Shown piece by piece: positions 22,948 to 34,933 of a stretch of 64,000 nt of DNA. The DNA comes from Squalus acanthias (Eukaryota). The translations under genes and the position numbers were made by a program. Under the pieces are notes generated by a model, which saw only the letters and a list, made by a program, of their open reading frames with translations, had not been told where the DNA came from and did no database searches. The DNA lies in the NCBI GenBank assembly GCA_030390025.1, contig CM059431.1, positions 152,956,001-153,020,000 on the forward strand. Direction: 5' to 3'. Every line of letters begins with the position of its first letter. The first letter of the stretch is position 1.

Positions 22948-25900
22948 TACAAGTCCTAGCCCTTTTCAGGCTACCCCAGATCAGGCCTATTCCCCAGACG
23001 TTCACCTTCAACTAAAGTTAGCGGTAGCCGAATCCTATAAGACGCTTAATTGGGTCTAAAGGTCAGACTACCTCTCCCTAAAGGAAAGAAACGACCTGAA
23101 GATGTTACCATCCTCCGGATAGCCCTTTTAACAAGGTTTACTAAACTGTAACCTTCCTAACATCATGAGGGTCCAGAAAACCTATCAGAATTCTGCATCT
23201 CCTCACAAAAGTGTGTACAAAAATTGAGTTTGCGAGGTTGATACAAAATTATTCTGTGAGACAATTCTAAAAAATATATAGATTTATTAAAGAACCGACA
23301 TTCAGCAAACAGCTGTTGATTCAGTCGTAACCTTAACAGTTCAAAATACAAATTGCTTAAATTTCTTATCAGAGATTCTTATTCTAAAATCTTAACTTCG
23401 TTACATTTCCACACCTCTAATTATTCTTAATACAGAATATCCACGAAAATCAAATACCTTGATTAGCAGAGACTCAAAGGGTTAAAAGCTTATAGAGCCT
23501 GCCTCTGAAGTTGAGAATCGCTTGCCTTTCCAGCGACTTCTGACTTTCTATCTGAAAAGCTCTATTTTTATTCTCTTTGTTAATGGTATATTATTTAAAG
23601 TTTTCTGCTGATGTAAGCTAATTATCTCTAGCCATACCTCTGTTGACTTCTTTCTATTCTTACTGTTACTTCAGCTGTTAGCTTGCAGAATTATGTTTCT
23701 ATCATTAGGTGTTCGAAAGTTATCTTAAAATATGGTTATTACTGATGTATCTATTTGATGCCATTCTTACGAAGGTCTCCCATTCAATTCTTAATATTGG
23801 CTGAACTGCTTTTATTACAGACTTTGCATCTCCTTGTGTTCCAAGTTCAACACATAAACAATGTGATTGCTTGGTACATCTATTGATGTATTTTTTTCAA
23901 AGTCTTCTGTAGGTATCTTTTACAATATGTAAGACAAATCCACTTCAACCAGGGTGTTTTTTTTCCTAGCCATCTTAGTTGGTTATATACGTAATTGTGT
24001 TTCCTGTTTCATTTGATGTTACTTTTATCAATGTCACATGTATTTTTTAATATTCTCTGTTCCTGTTCAAAGTATTATATTTTAACACTTTACTTGGGCA
24101 TTGCTATTGTGTTGGTTCCAAACTGCAGACTCCTTGGAAAGTACAATCCTCTGTTTCAATGAGGCCATTGTCTCAGTGTCAATAACCATTTCTCATTTCA
24201 AAAGCTTACCTTATGTTTAAAGCTTTGTGTTAACACGTCATCTTATCTCAGAATCCTCTATTTCTGTTTACGGCTTTTGTCGTTGAGGCTTTTAGATTTT
24301 TAACCCCAATTTGTTATGTTTTAATAAAGCTAGAATTATGTTCATACCATGCTGTATTTTTCAGAAATATGGCTATTCCATTAGAGGTGAGACTCCGTCT
24401 TTAAAAGGGGTCACTGATGGTGAGACACCCTCTTTAAAAGGTATCCCTGAGTGTGAGACTCTCTCTTTAAAAGGGGTCCCTGATGTTTAGACCCCCTCTT
24501 TAAAAGGGATCCCTGATGTTGTGTGTGCCTCTTTAAAATGTATCCTAATGGGGAGACTCTCTCTTTATGGGGTCCCTGATAGAAAGACGCCCTCTTTAAA
24601 AGGGGTCCATGATAGAAAGAATATCTCTTTAAAATGGATCCCCGAGGGTGAGACTCAATCTTTAAAAGGGGTCCCTGATAGACAGACAGTCTCTTTAAAA
24701 TGGGTCCCTGATGGTGAGACTCTCTCTTTAAAAGGGATCCCTGATGATGAGACTCCAACTTTAAAAGGGGCCCCCGATGGTGAGATTCCCTCTTTAAAAG
24801 GGACCCTGACGGTGATACTCTTTAAAAGGGTTCCCTTTGGGGGCGACTTCCTCTTTAAAAGTGGTCCCTGATGGTGAGACTCCCTCTTTAAAAGTGATCT
24901 CTGATGGTGAGACTCACATTTTAAACGGGGTCCCTGATGGAGAGACTCCCTCTTTAAAAGTGTCCCTGATGGCGAAACTCTCTCTTTGAAAGGGGACCCT
25001 GATGGTGGGACTCCATGTTTAAAAGGTGTCCCTGAAGGTGAGACTCCATCTTCAAAAGTATACCCTAACAGTGAGACCATCTTTAAAATTGGGTCCCTGA
25101 TGGGAAGATACCTCTTTAACAGGGGTCCTTGATAGAAAGTGAAAAAGGTTCTCCGATGGTAAGACTCACTCTTTTAAAGGGTATCCCTGATGGAAAGACT
25201 TTCTTTCAAAGGGATCCCTGATAGAATGACTCCTTCTTTAAAAGGGATCCCTGATGTAGAGACTCTCTCTTTAAATGGGGTCTCTAATGCTGAAACACCC
25301 TCTTTAAAGGCGATCCCTGATGGTGAGCCTCTTTAAAATGTGTCCCTGATAGAAAGACTCCCTCCTTAAAAGGTCTCTGACGATGAGTCTCTCTCTTTAA
25401 AAGGGATCCGTGATGGTGGGACTCTCTCTTTAAAAGGGGTCTCTGATGGTGTGCCTCTTTAAAAGTTGTCCCTATTGGGGAGACAATCTCTTTAAAAGGG
25501 TTCCCTGATAGAAATACACACTTTTTAAAAAGATTCCCGGAGGGAGAGACTCCCTCTTTAAAAGGGCTCCCAGATAGAAAGATTGCCTCTTTAAAAGGGA
25601 TCCCTGATGATGAGACTCCCTCTTTAAAAGGGACCGCTGATGGTGAGACTCTCTCTTTAAAAGCACTCCCTGATAGAAAGACTCCCTCATTAAAAGTGAT
25701 CCCTGATGGTGAGACTTCTTCTTTAAAGTGGATCCCTAATGGGGATATGCTCTCTTTAAATGGGGTCCCTGATACTGAGACTTCCTCTTTAAAAGGGGAC
25801 CCTAATGGAGAGACCCCCTGCTAGAACGAGTCTCTCTTTAAAAGGGGTCCCTGATGTTGAGACTCCCTTTTTAAAAGGGGTCCCTAATGGTGAGACACCC

Positions 25901-28681
25901 TCTTTAAACGGGTTCCCTAATGGGGAGACTCTCTCGTTTAAAAGGTCTCCCTGATGGTGTGAATCACTCAGTTAAAGGGATCCCTGATGTTGTGACTCAC
26001 TCTTTCAAAGGGCTCCCTGAAAAAAGGACTCTCTCTTTAAAAGGTGTCGCTGATGGTGAGACTCCCTCTTTAAAAGGGATCGCTGATAGTGAGACTTCCT
26101 CTTTAAAAGGGATCCCTGATGGCGGGGCTCCCTCTTTAAAATGTGTCCCTAATTGGGAGAATCTCACATGAAAGGAATCCCGAATAGAAAGACCCCCTCT
26201 TTAAAAGGACCCTGACATAAAGACTCTCAATTTAAAAGGGGTCCCCGAGAGTGAGTCTCCATCTTTAAATGTAGTCCCTGATAGAAAGACTCCCTCGTTA
26301 AAAATGTCACTGATGGTAAAAAAGCTCTCGTTAAAAGTGGTCCCTGATGTTGAGACTCTCTCTTTAAAATGGTTCCCTGATGGTGAGCGACTCTCTTTAA
26401 AAGGGGTCCCTGATAGAAAGACTCCCTCATTAAAAGGGTCACTGATGTTGAAAAGTTCTCTTTAAAAATTATCACTGATTGTGAGACTCACCCTTTAAGA
26501 AGGGGTCGCTGATGGTGACATTTCCTCTTTCAAAGGGGTCCCTGATGGTGAGATTCCCTTTTGAAAAGGGCTACCTGATAGAAAGACTCCCTCGTTAAAA
26601 GGGTCTCCGATAGTGAGACTCCCTCTTTAAAAGGGCTCCCTGATAGAAAGACTCCCTCTTTAAAAGGGTCTCTGACATTGAAACTCTCTCTTTAAAAGGT
26701 GCCTCTGATGCTAAGACTCCCTCTTTAAAAGGAATCCTTGATGCTGGAACACCCTCTTTCAAAGTGGTCCCTGATGCTGTGACTTCCTCTTTAAAGGGGT
26801 CCCTGATGTTGAAACACACTCTTGAAAGGGGTCCCTGATGCTGTGACTGCCTCTTTAATGGGGTCACTGATGGTGAGACTCTCACTTTAAAAGCGGCCCT
26901 TGATAGAAATTATCCATCTTTAAAAGAGTCTCTAATGGTGAGACTCCCTTTTTAAAAGTGCTCCCAGTTTATAATACTCCCTCTTTAAAAGGGTCACTGA
27001 CGGTGAGACTCTCTCTTGAAAACTGATCCCTGATTGTGAAACTCTCTCGTTTAAAGGGGTCCCTGATGGTAAGACTTCCTCTTTAAAAGGTGTCCCTGAT
27101 GGTATGACTCCCTCTTTAAAATGGCTCCATGTTAGAAAAGCTCCCTCTTTAAAAGGTTCTCTGATGGTGAGACTCAATCTTTAAAATGGCTCCCTGATAG
27201 AGAGACTCCCTCTTTAAAAGGGATCTCTGATTGTGAGAATAATGCTTTAAAAGGGCTCCCTCATAGAAAGACTCCCTCTTTAAAAGAGATCCCTGATAGT
27301 GAGACTCTCTCTTTAAAAGGGGTCCCTGATGTTGAGAATTCTTCTTGAAAAACAGTCCCTGATAGAAAGACTCTCTCTTTAAAAGTGATCCCTGATTGTG
27401 AGACTGCCTCTTTAAAATGGGTCCCTGATGGTGAGACTTTCTCTTGAAAAGGGGTCCCTGATGGTGAGACTCCCTCTTAAAAACGGCTCCCTGATACAAA
27501 AATGGGGCCCCAAGGTGAGACCCCCTATTTTAAAGGGTTCCTTGATAGAAAGACTCCCTCTTGAAAAGGGACTCTGAATACGAGAATCCCTCATTAAAAG
27601 TAAACCCTAATGGAGGCGACTCTCTATTTAAAAGCGGTCCCTGGTGGTGAGACTCTCTCTTTAAAAGGGTCACTGATGTCGATACAGCCTCTTTAAAAGT
27701 GACCTCTAATGGTGAGACTCACTATTTTAAAGTGGTCCTTGATGGTGAGACTCTCTTTAAAAGGGCTTCTGAAAGAAAGAGTCCCTCTTTAAAAGGGTCC
27801 CTGATGGTGAGACTACTTCTTTAATAGGAGTCGCTGATGCTGAAATATCCTTTTTAAAATGGGTCCCTGTTTATGAGTCTGCCTCTTTAAATGTGTCCCT
27901 AATGGGGAGACTCTCAGGTGAAAAGGGGTCCCTGATAGAAAGATTCCATCTTTAAAAGGGGACCCTGATGGTGAGACTCTATCTTTGAAAGCGGTCCCTG
28001 ATGCTGAAGCACACTCTTTAAAATGGTTCCCAATTGTGAGACTACTTTTTAAAAGGGGTCCCTGATGTCGAGACTCTCACTTTAAAAGAGGCCCCTGATG
28101 GTGAGACTCACTCTTTAAACGGGCTCCCTGATCGAAAGATTCCTATGTTAAAACGGTCTCTGATTGTGAGACTCCCTCTTTAAAAGGCTCAATGATAGAA
28201 GGACACCCTCTTTAAAAGTGTCCCTGATTGTTAGACTCTTTCTTTAACAGTTGTCCTGATGGTGAGACACTCCCTTTAAAAGGGGTTCCTGGTGGAGTTA
28301 TTCTCTCATTAAAATGCGTCCCTGACTGGGTTACTCCCTCTTTAAAAGTGTTCCCTGATGGGGAGACTCCCTCTTTAAAAGAGATCGCTGATAGTGAGAC
28401 TTCCTCCTTAAAAGTGTCCCTGATGGTGATACTCCTCTTTAAAAGGTGTCCCTAATGGGTAGACGCTCACTTTGAAATGGGACCATGATAGAACGACCCC
28501 CTCTTTAAAAGAACCCAGACAAAAAGACTCTCTCTTTAAACGGGTCCCCGAGGGTGAGTCTCCATCTTTAAACGGGGTCCCTGATAGAAAGACTCTCACT
28601 TTAAATGGGTCACCTGATGGTGAGACTTCCTCTTTAAAAGTGAATCTTGATTGTAAGACTCACTCTGTTAAAGGGATCCCT

Positions 28682-30134
28682 TGAAGGGATAATTACCAGT
28701 CGTAGCACTTTTCGGGCTACCCCAGATAAGGCAATTTGCCCAGACGTTCACCTTCAACTAAAGATAGAGATAGCCGAATCCTAGAGACGCTTAATTGAGT
28801 CTAAAGTTTCAGACTATCTCTCTTTAAACGAAAGGACCGACTTGCCGACGTTACCGTTCTCCAGATAGCACTTTTAATAAGTTTAAATAGACAGCAAACT
28901 ACCGGATATTATGAGGCTCCAGAAACCCCCACAGAATTCTGCAACTCCTCACAAAAGAGTGTACAGAAATTGAGTTTGCGAGTTTGATACAGAAGTACAC
29001 TGTGAGACAATTCTTAAAATATATAGATTTATTAAAGAACCGACATGTAATTTACAGTTGGTGATTTCAATCGCAACTTTACAGTTCAAAATACAAATAG
29101 CTTACATTTGTTATCAGAGTTCCTTATTCTCGAATCTTAACTTTGTTACATTTCCTCACTTCGTACTTATTTATAATTCAGAATATCCACCAAAATAAAT
29201 TAATTACCTTTTTGATCCCCGAGACTCAAAGATTTAAAAACTTACAGAGCCAGCCTCTGAAGTTGAGAATCGCTTTGCCCCTTCCAGCAACTTCTGACTT
29301 ACTATCTGAAAGCTCTATATTTTATACCCTTTTTGCAGTGGTATATTCTTTGAAGTTTTCTGCTAAAGTAAACTAATTATCTCCAGTCATCTTTCTGTTG
29401 ACTTCTTTCTATTCTTACTGTCAATTCAGCTGCTAACTTGCAGAATTCTGTCTCTATCTTTATGTCTTCGGAAGTTATCATACAAAATGGTTATGACAGA
29501 TGTATCTATTTGATACCATTCTTACAAGGTCTCCTATTGAATTCTTAAATTATTTTAACTGCTTGTATTAACAACTTCACGTCTCCTTGTTTTCCAAGTT
29601 CAACACATAAACCATGTGATTACTTGATGCATCTATTGATGTCATATTTACAAAATCTTCTGTATGTACCTTTGACAATAAGTAAATCAAAAACACTTCA
29701 ATCGAGTGCTTGATTGTTTTCCCAGCCATCTTAGCTGGTTATATTACAAACTTATGTTTCCTGTCTTTCATTTGACGTTACTTTTACAAAGACACACGGT
29801 TTTTTAAAGTTCTGTGTTTCTGTTCGACGTTTTCGTTTTTAACACTTTAAACATTGGTACAGCTTTTGTGTTGGTTCCAAACTGCAGACTTCTTCGAACC
29901 AAAAACCCTCTGTTTCAATGTGGCCATTGTCTCAGTGTCAATAGCCTATTCCCATTTCAAAAGCTTGTATGGTGTTTACAGCTTTCTGACTCATCTTATC
30001 TCAGAAGCCTGTATTTACAGCTTTGTGTCGCTGAAGCTTTTAGATTTTCAAACCCAGTTTTTCATATTTTAATAAAATCAGAATTCTGTTCATAGGATAG
30101 TGTTTTTTTCTGAATTATGGCTCATTCCTTTACA
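28682..30134 (-). repeat. 3' LTR (1453 bp)
   Basis: TG...CA termini on the minus strand; TATA-like motif at 29314-29326; AATAAA at 29028-29033; colinear with 34934-36320. Confidence 0.93.
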
Positions 30135-30145
30135 CCCCACTCTTT
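30135..30145 (-). promoter_or_regulatory. Polypurine tract
   Basis: AAAGAGTGGGG immediately precedes the TG of the 3' LTR. Confidence 0.8.
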
Positions 30146-30779
30146 ACCAAATGATGAGCTTAAAACATCAGGGCAGAGTTTGGTCAATGATACCTAATCA
30201 GGTTTCAAGAGCATTTTAATTTCACGAGATTTACAATCATGTGCTACATGAAAATCCCTTTTAAGTCATCCTAGGACAATGTTTTGCCTTATTTTTAAAT
30301 TGAACACAATTTAAAAGGATGATAGTACATCGTCATGCGAATAGCGAAACAACATGTACTTAGTATGTCCAATCGGCAGATGTATGTTCTGTTGAGGTGA
30401 GTTATTCATACGAGTGAGGGGACGTCATTTGAAACTAGTTGAATCTTGACACACTGTTCCTTCGATCCGGCGTGTGTACAGATGCGTGTTTTCGTAAAGG
30501 ACTTGCTAGGCACTCAGTTGATTCCTTCTTCATCCGCGATGTCTTCCTCCTTCGTTGAAGTAACTCATTCATATTTCCTTGTTTCGGTAATCACATTTCG
30601 TGAATACAATTCCTGGTGCGTTGCCAAGCAATGTGCAGAGGAGCCGGCAACACCGTCTGACTGACCATCGTCAGTAATTCGATCGCATCCATTTCCTGTG
30701 TCGTGCTGCAAGCTGGGTCTTAAAACACAGTGTACGACTGCACCTTGTAATCTTCCTCCTTTTTGGTATCCCGCAGGAC

Positions 30780-32830
30780 ATCGCTTGATATTTTATATGG
30801 AGGCAGTTTTAAGAATGTGCTTGCCATTCGGCTGGTTAATATGTATTTGAACTGTTCTTTCGTTAATAACCGAATGTATTTGAACAGGTTTTTTCCACTT
30901 CAGTCTTAAACCAGGTTTTTGCTCGAAAACCTCTTCCTGTACCCATTCTCCTACTATGTGTTGCCATATTTTATTTGTCAATTTTTCCTGCCTATTTGCC
31001 TCCCTTATCCTCTGATCAATTCGATGAATCTCCTCGGTACCTTCTTTTTTTTAAATCTAACTGTTGCTGTCGTGTCACAAACTCAAATGTGTAGAGGCAA
31101 TAAAAGAACTATGGGTAAGCGGTGTATGTTTCTCAACCCCATACATCAGATAATATGGAGTTTTAGGGGACACTCTCCCTGATGCAGATGCGGGCACATT
31201 ATTGAGTGATAGCTGTACCTCCGGAATGATGGTGGTCCAGTTCTTCCCCCTGATTCTCAAAAGTTTGACCAGTAGCTTTATTACTTCCTGGTATTTATAG
31301 TTCCACCAGCCCCGCTGATTGCGGATGACGTGGCATGCTGTGCTCTAAGCCAAGCCCCCTTTTTCACAGTAGTCTTTGAAGACCTTGGATACAAAGGCTC
31401 CGCCTTCAACGGATTTTGGGTGCACCAGCTACAGTATTTATATCAAAAATAGGCCTGGCAAGTGTGTTTTCCAAAACAGTTTTTGTGGGTATCAGCCAGC
31501 AGAAGGAAGTGCATCCATCCACTCAAACGAGAACATGTCTATATCCCAAAGACGGGTAGAGTGGTCCAATAATTTCAATAATTAATTTTCCCATTGGCTC
31601 ATCAGCTTTCACAGGAGCCAGTTTTGGTGGCTTAATTAGTGGTGAGTTATTGATCAAATAGCATGGCTCACAATTTGCCACGTATGTTTTTCAGGCTTTA
31701 AGCATGCCTGACCACCAATATATGGAGGTCAATTTGCAGAATGTTGTTCTGGCACCACAATCTGCTTGACTTATGCCCTCGTGAGCTTATTTTAGAAGCT
31801 GTTCTCGTTTGTGGCTCGGGGGTAATTGTCGGTTTCCCTTGGGCAACTTAACTAGTACAATACCTGTAGGGGTTTTCCGAGTAAAAGTACTTTGGTGGAT
31901 ATCCTGGTGGTTTCTCTGTTATCGGGTCTAATAGCTAAATCAGTTCCTTATCCTGATTAGCTGCCCGTTCTGACTTAGTGCTCACACTAACATTGGCAGG
32001 CCACTCTCGAGGGTTTGTCAAGCAGACCGAACGTTTCGCTTCTTCGTCAGCAAGGCTGTTGCCTTTTGATTGTACTATCTCAGTGGTATTCCCGTTTACT
32101 TGAATCACCTGACAATTCTGTTTCTCCATCTCGAACGGAGAATTTCTTCCCACGGTGTGGTTTTAATAAAGTCTGCCTTCTCTAAAGCATACCGTAATGC
32201 TGAAGATTGTTGGGATGTCCCTTTTTCAATCGTCATTGACGTTCCATCACAGTCAATAACTTGATGGTATTCTGTTAGGGGTCTCATAGGTATTTATCAA
32301 TTCCCTCCTCCGTATCATCATCCGCCATGATGGGGAGATGCTCAATCTTTCCACCTTAATTTAGATGGCGTTGTCGATAATGGTAGTATCTATTAATGAG
32401 TTGCTCGAGGAGGTCTTTGCCTCCCCCCTCCGGGCAAGTTCGATCAAGTTGTGTTCGAACATGTTTTTCCCTGTCATCCTGTTCTGTGTATGCTTCTAAG
32501 GATCTAGTTGAAATTTTAAGGTAATGTTTCATGTCTGGTTGTCTATAATGAGGGAACAGCCCAATTGTGGTACCAGTCCTACATCAAGGGTCACCGTGAT
32601 TCCATATATAGTAATAGGCATTTTGTAAAAAATAATTATTTTGGTTGAGAGGTCTTTTGGTCTTTTACAAATGGTCTTTTACAAATTGGGCTTCCCAAAT
32701 CTGTCCAGTTAGTGTTTATAATTGCAAGATCTATTAAAGTGTAATCAGCTCTGTTGTCAAACAGAGCCTTCACTTGTGTGTTTGTGGGCAAGTTTGCCAG
32801 GGCATAGGGGAATTCAAGAGGCCCTGGCTG
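30780..32830 (-). pseudogene. pol: pol remnant: protease, RT deleted, shortened RNase H, integrase; several stops and frameshifts; boundaries approximate
   Basis: Hand translation. PR: QVKALFDNRADYTLI (~32730-32775). RNase H: PLTEYHQVIDCDG...KGNSLADEEAK (~32030-32290). IN: VLVKLPKGNRQLPPSHKREQLLK*AH...YWWSGM...[56 protein letters not shown]...TPYYLMYG, and C-terminal VGEWVQE...LRLKWKKP...INERTV. Confidence 0.88.
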
Positions 32831-33845
32831 GGTGCCAGGCCTTCAATCCTGGGACTGTTCATCCTCAGGATCCTGACTTTCATTTGCTGCTTTGTCTTTA
32901 ATTATTTTAATGATTTTTGTTCCTCCCTCTTGGGGGTTTCATATTTTCCAGATCCCTGAGAGGGTTTGTCGGACCGTTTATTATCTTGACGATCCTCCTG
33001 TTGAGATGCACGTTGGTTCTGCCGGGAATCTTTTTGATCCGCATAACAGTTTTCCCGGTATCCTCCCACGGCTCTCTGATAAATTTAGCCAGTTTAAAAG
33101 CTGTCCCCATAGGGAGGCCACAGTCCTTCACTTTCCTTTCGAGGTCTAGCCCCTCGTCTATCCCATCTTTCTGGGGAGAAAAGTTTCTCGTATTCTGGAC
33201 GAGTTGGTGTTGTTACGTTTCTGGAATACTCTCTTGGGGTTCACTAGCCACGAGTTTGTGTCTGGGCGGGGTGCATTGAGACTTGGGTCTATACAGTCCT
33301 TGTTTCTGAGTACCAAATCTACCTTCTCCGTTTTTTATATCCCTAGTTTCTGAACACTTTATAGGTTTAGTTTGGGGTAGACCTAAGAGGTCATGATTTA
33401 ATTCGATATTGCGATTGACATTATCCCATCTCTCTTGGTTATCTCGATAATCATTTAGAGCACCCTCACAAGCAAGTTTGAGGGCTGTATTCTGGTATTG
33501 TTGGTCAGGCAACCATGGACAAAATCCCAGTTATCCTGTGTCAGTATTTGCCTAATCTGTAAGCAGCTACCAGCCCTTTAGTTGTTGCTGTATTAGTGAG
33601 TATCTCCTTGATGGAACCCATTTCCTGCCCTCCCTGAGTAGCTTTGAGAACATAAGCGGATATTTGAACCCAGTTGTTACACTGGTTTAATGGGGGAATT
33701 AAGTTTGATCTTAGTATCATTTGCAGTATTTGCCACAGCTTTTGGGCATTCCAATCTTGGCAGCAGGTTTCCAATTGATCAAGGTTAGTTAGAATCCAGC
33801 AGGTTTTTTCCTGGCTGGTGTTTCCCAGTCTACCACACATTGTGT

Positions 33846-34045
33846 ACAAAAGTGAGAAGTCGCACAACACCAGGTTAAGTCCAACAGTTTTATTTGAAAT
33901 CACAAGCTTTCGTAGCGGCTCTCCTTCGTCAGGTGCCGCTCCGAAAGCTTGTGATTTCAAATAAAACTGTTGGACTATAACCTGGTGTTGTGCGACTTCT
34001 CACTTTTGTCCACCCTAGTCCAACACCGGCATCTGTGCATCATGG
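33846..34045 (+). mobile_element. 200-bp Penelope-like hairpin element (inverted 3' end plus tail) inserted in gag
   Basis: Inverted repeat 33846-34009, then a 36-nt tail CCACCCTAGTCCAACACCGGCATCTGTGCATCATGG. 11-bp TSD ACACATTGTGT (33835-33845, 34046-34056). Contains a hammerhead motif. Confidence 0.85.
33900..33935 (-). ncRNA. Minimal type I hammerhead ribozyme motif
   Basis: CAC-CTGACGA-AGGAG-AGCCG-CTAC-GAAA-GCTT-GTGA: CUGANGA and GAAA cores, palindromic AAGCTT stem III, CAC/GTG stem I, one mismatch in stem II. Confidence 0.7.
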
Positions 34046-34913
34046 ACACATTGTGTCGATAGAGCTCAGGTTTATTTGACCTAGGGGCACAATTTGGTTT
34101 GCTGGGGTTAGTTTACTCGACCATTAATCATTGCGCCTCCAGCATTTTGTATTTGCTGGGGTTAGTTTACTGGACCATTAATCATTGCGCCTCCATCATT
34201 TAGATAAGAGTGAGCGAGTGCCTGTCGGAATTGATTAAATTGAATTCTAAGCTGTCTATATTTTTCTCGAAGATTGTTGTCATTTATTTCATCGTGAGTT
34301 TGCCACCTTACCCGGAGTCCATGTCCCTTAGCACCACAGGCTGCTCTGGGTCCTGCTATTCGGCAATGGTTGCCACCAGCTTGTTGGGCGCCGTTCATTA
34401 GCGCTCCCAATTGTGCAGGTGTGCACCTTATCATTAAGGAATTTATTGGATTTGGAGTATTTGTTTGATTATTCTACTGGATATTCTGTATCCCCTGGTT
34501 CTGGTGATCAACATTAATCGTGACATGAGTTCTAACGGCTCCTTCGGCATCAAAGCCTTTTATTTCAAAAATTATCACTTGGTTTTCCGGAGGTACACGC
34601 ATAGGATTATTTTCCCTAATAAAGCAATCGTTTGAATTTTCTAATAAATATAATTAGGCAATTCCGACAGGGTTTACATTTTGTCAGGACCTAACCTCGG
34701 TTACTTTTTAATATCAACTTTATAAGAAATTTCCAGATCTCAATGGTATATTGAGGGAGTTCTGAGTTAAGTTCTACAAGGCCTGATCAGGGACTTGTCG
34801 TCTCTAGAAACTTAAATCTCGGTGTTAGTCAGTAAACACTCCTTCTATACTTATAAATCTGCAAGATGGATAGAGTTATAAATATAAGTATATGTTATGT
34901 ATCAAGTCCTTAA

Positions 34914-34931
34914 CACACACGTTGGGCACCT
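34914..34931 (-). promoter_or_regulatory. Primer-binding site, tRNA-Lys(CUU; Lys1,2) type, degenerate
   Basis: AGGTGCCCAACGTGTGTG versus canonical TGGCGCCCAACGTGGGGC (13/18, core GCCCAACGTG exact), 2 nt after the 5' LTR end. Confidence 0.8.
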
Positions 34932-34933
34932 AC

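Larger units (their letters stand above)
19055..24385 (-). mobile_element. Solo LTR of the foamy-like family, split by nested CR1 insertions (pieces 19055-19070 and 22946-24385)
   Basis: TGAAGGGAGAATTACA at 19055 matches the LTR terminus at 28682. The LTR resumes ATTACAAGTCCTAGCCC at 22946 and ends TATGGCTATTCCATTAGA at 24385. Flanks GATG / GGTG form a 4-bp TSD with 1 mismatch. Confidence 0.88.
32830..34700 (-). pseudogene. gag: gag remnant, foamy-type capsid, no Cys-His knuckle seen; boundaries approximate
   Basis: Removing the 33846-34045 insert and one TSD copy restores IVPLGQINLSSIDTMCGRLGNTSQEKTCWILTNLDQLE...GLVAAYRLGKY, followed across frameshifts by QDNWDFVHGCL and NHDLLGL (compare the foamy YxxLGL motif) and an Arg/Gly/Gln-rich tail. 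Confidence 0.78.

Noticed and set aside
29143..30095. Short ORFs within LTR copies (also 3050-3232, 23163-23351, 35446-35871)
   Set aside because: Not conserved as open frames among the LTR copies.
30146..30780. env or accessory gene (tas/bet) between IN and the 3' LTR
   Set aside because: Only ~650 bp, with no minus-strand ORF of 60 aa or more and no signal peptide, furin or TM motif seen. A decayed remnant cannot be excluded.
33541..33960. 139-aa ORF as an independent gene
   Set aside because: Chimeric: the N-terminus comes from the Penelope insert and the rest is gag.
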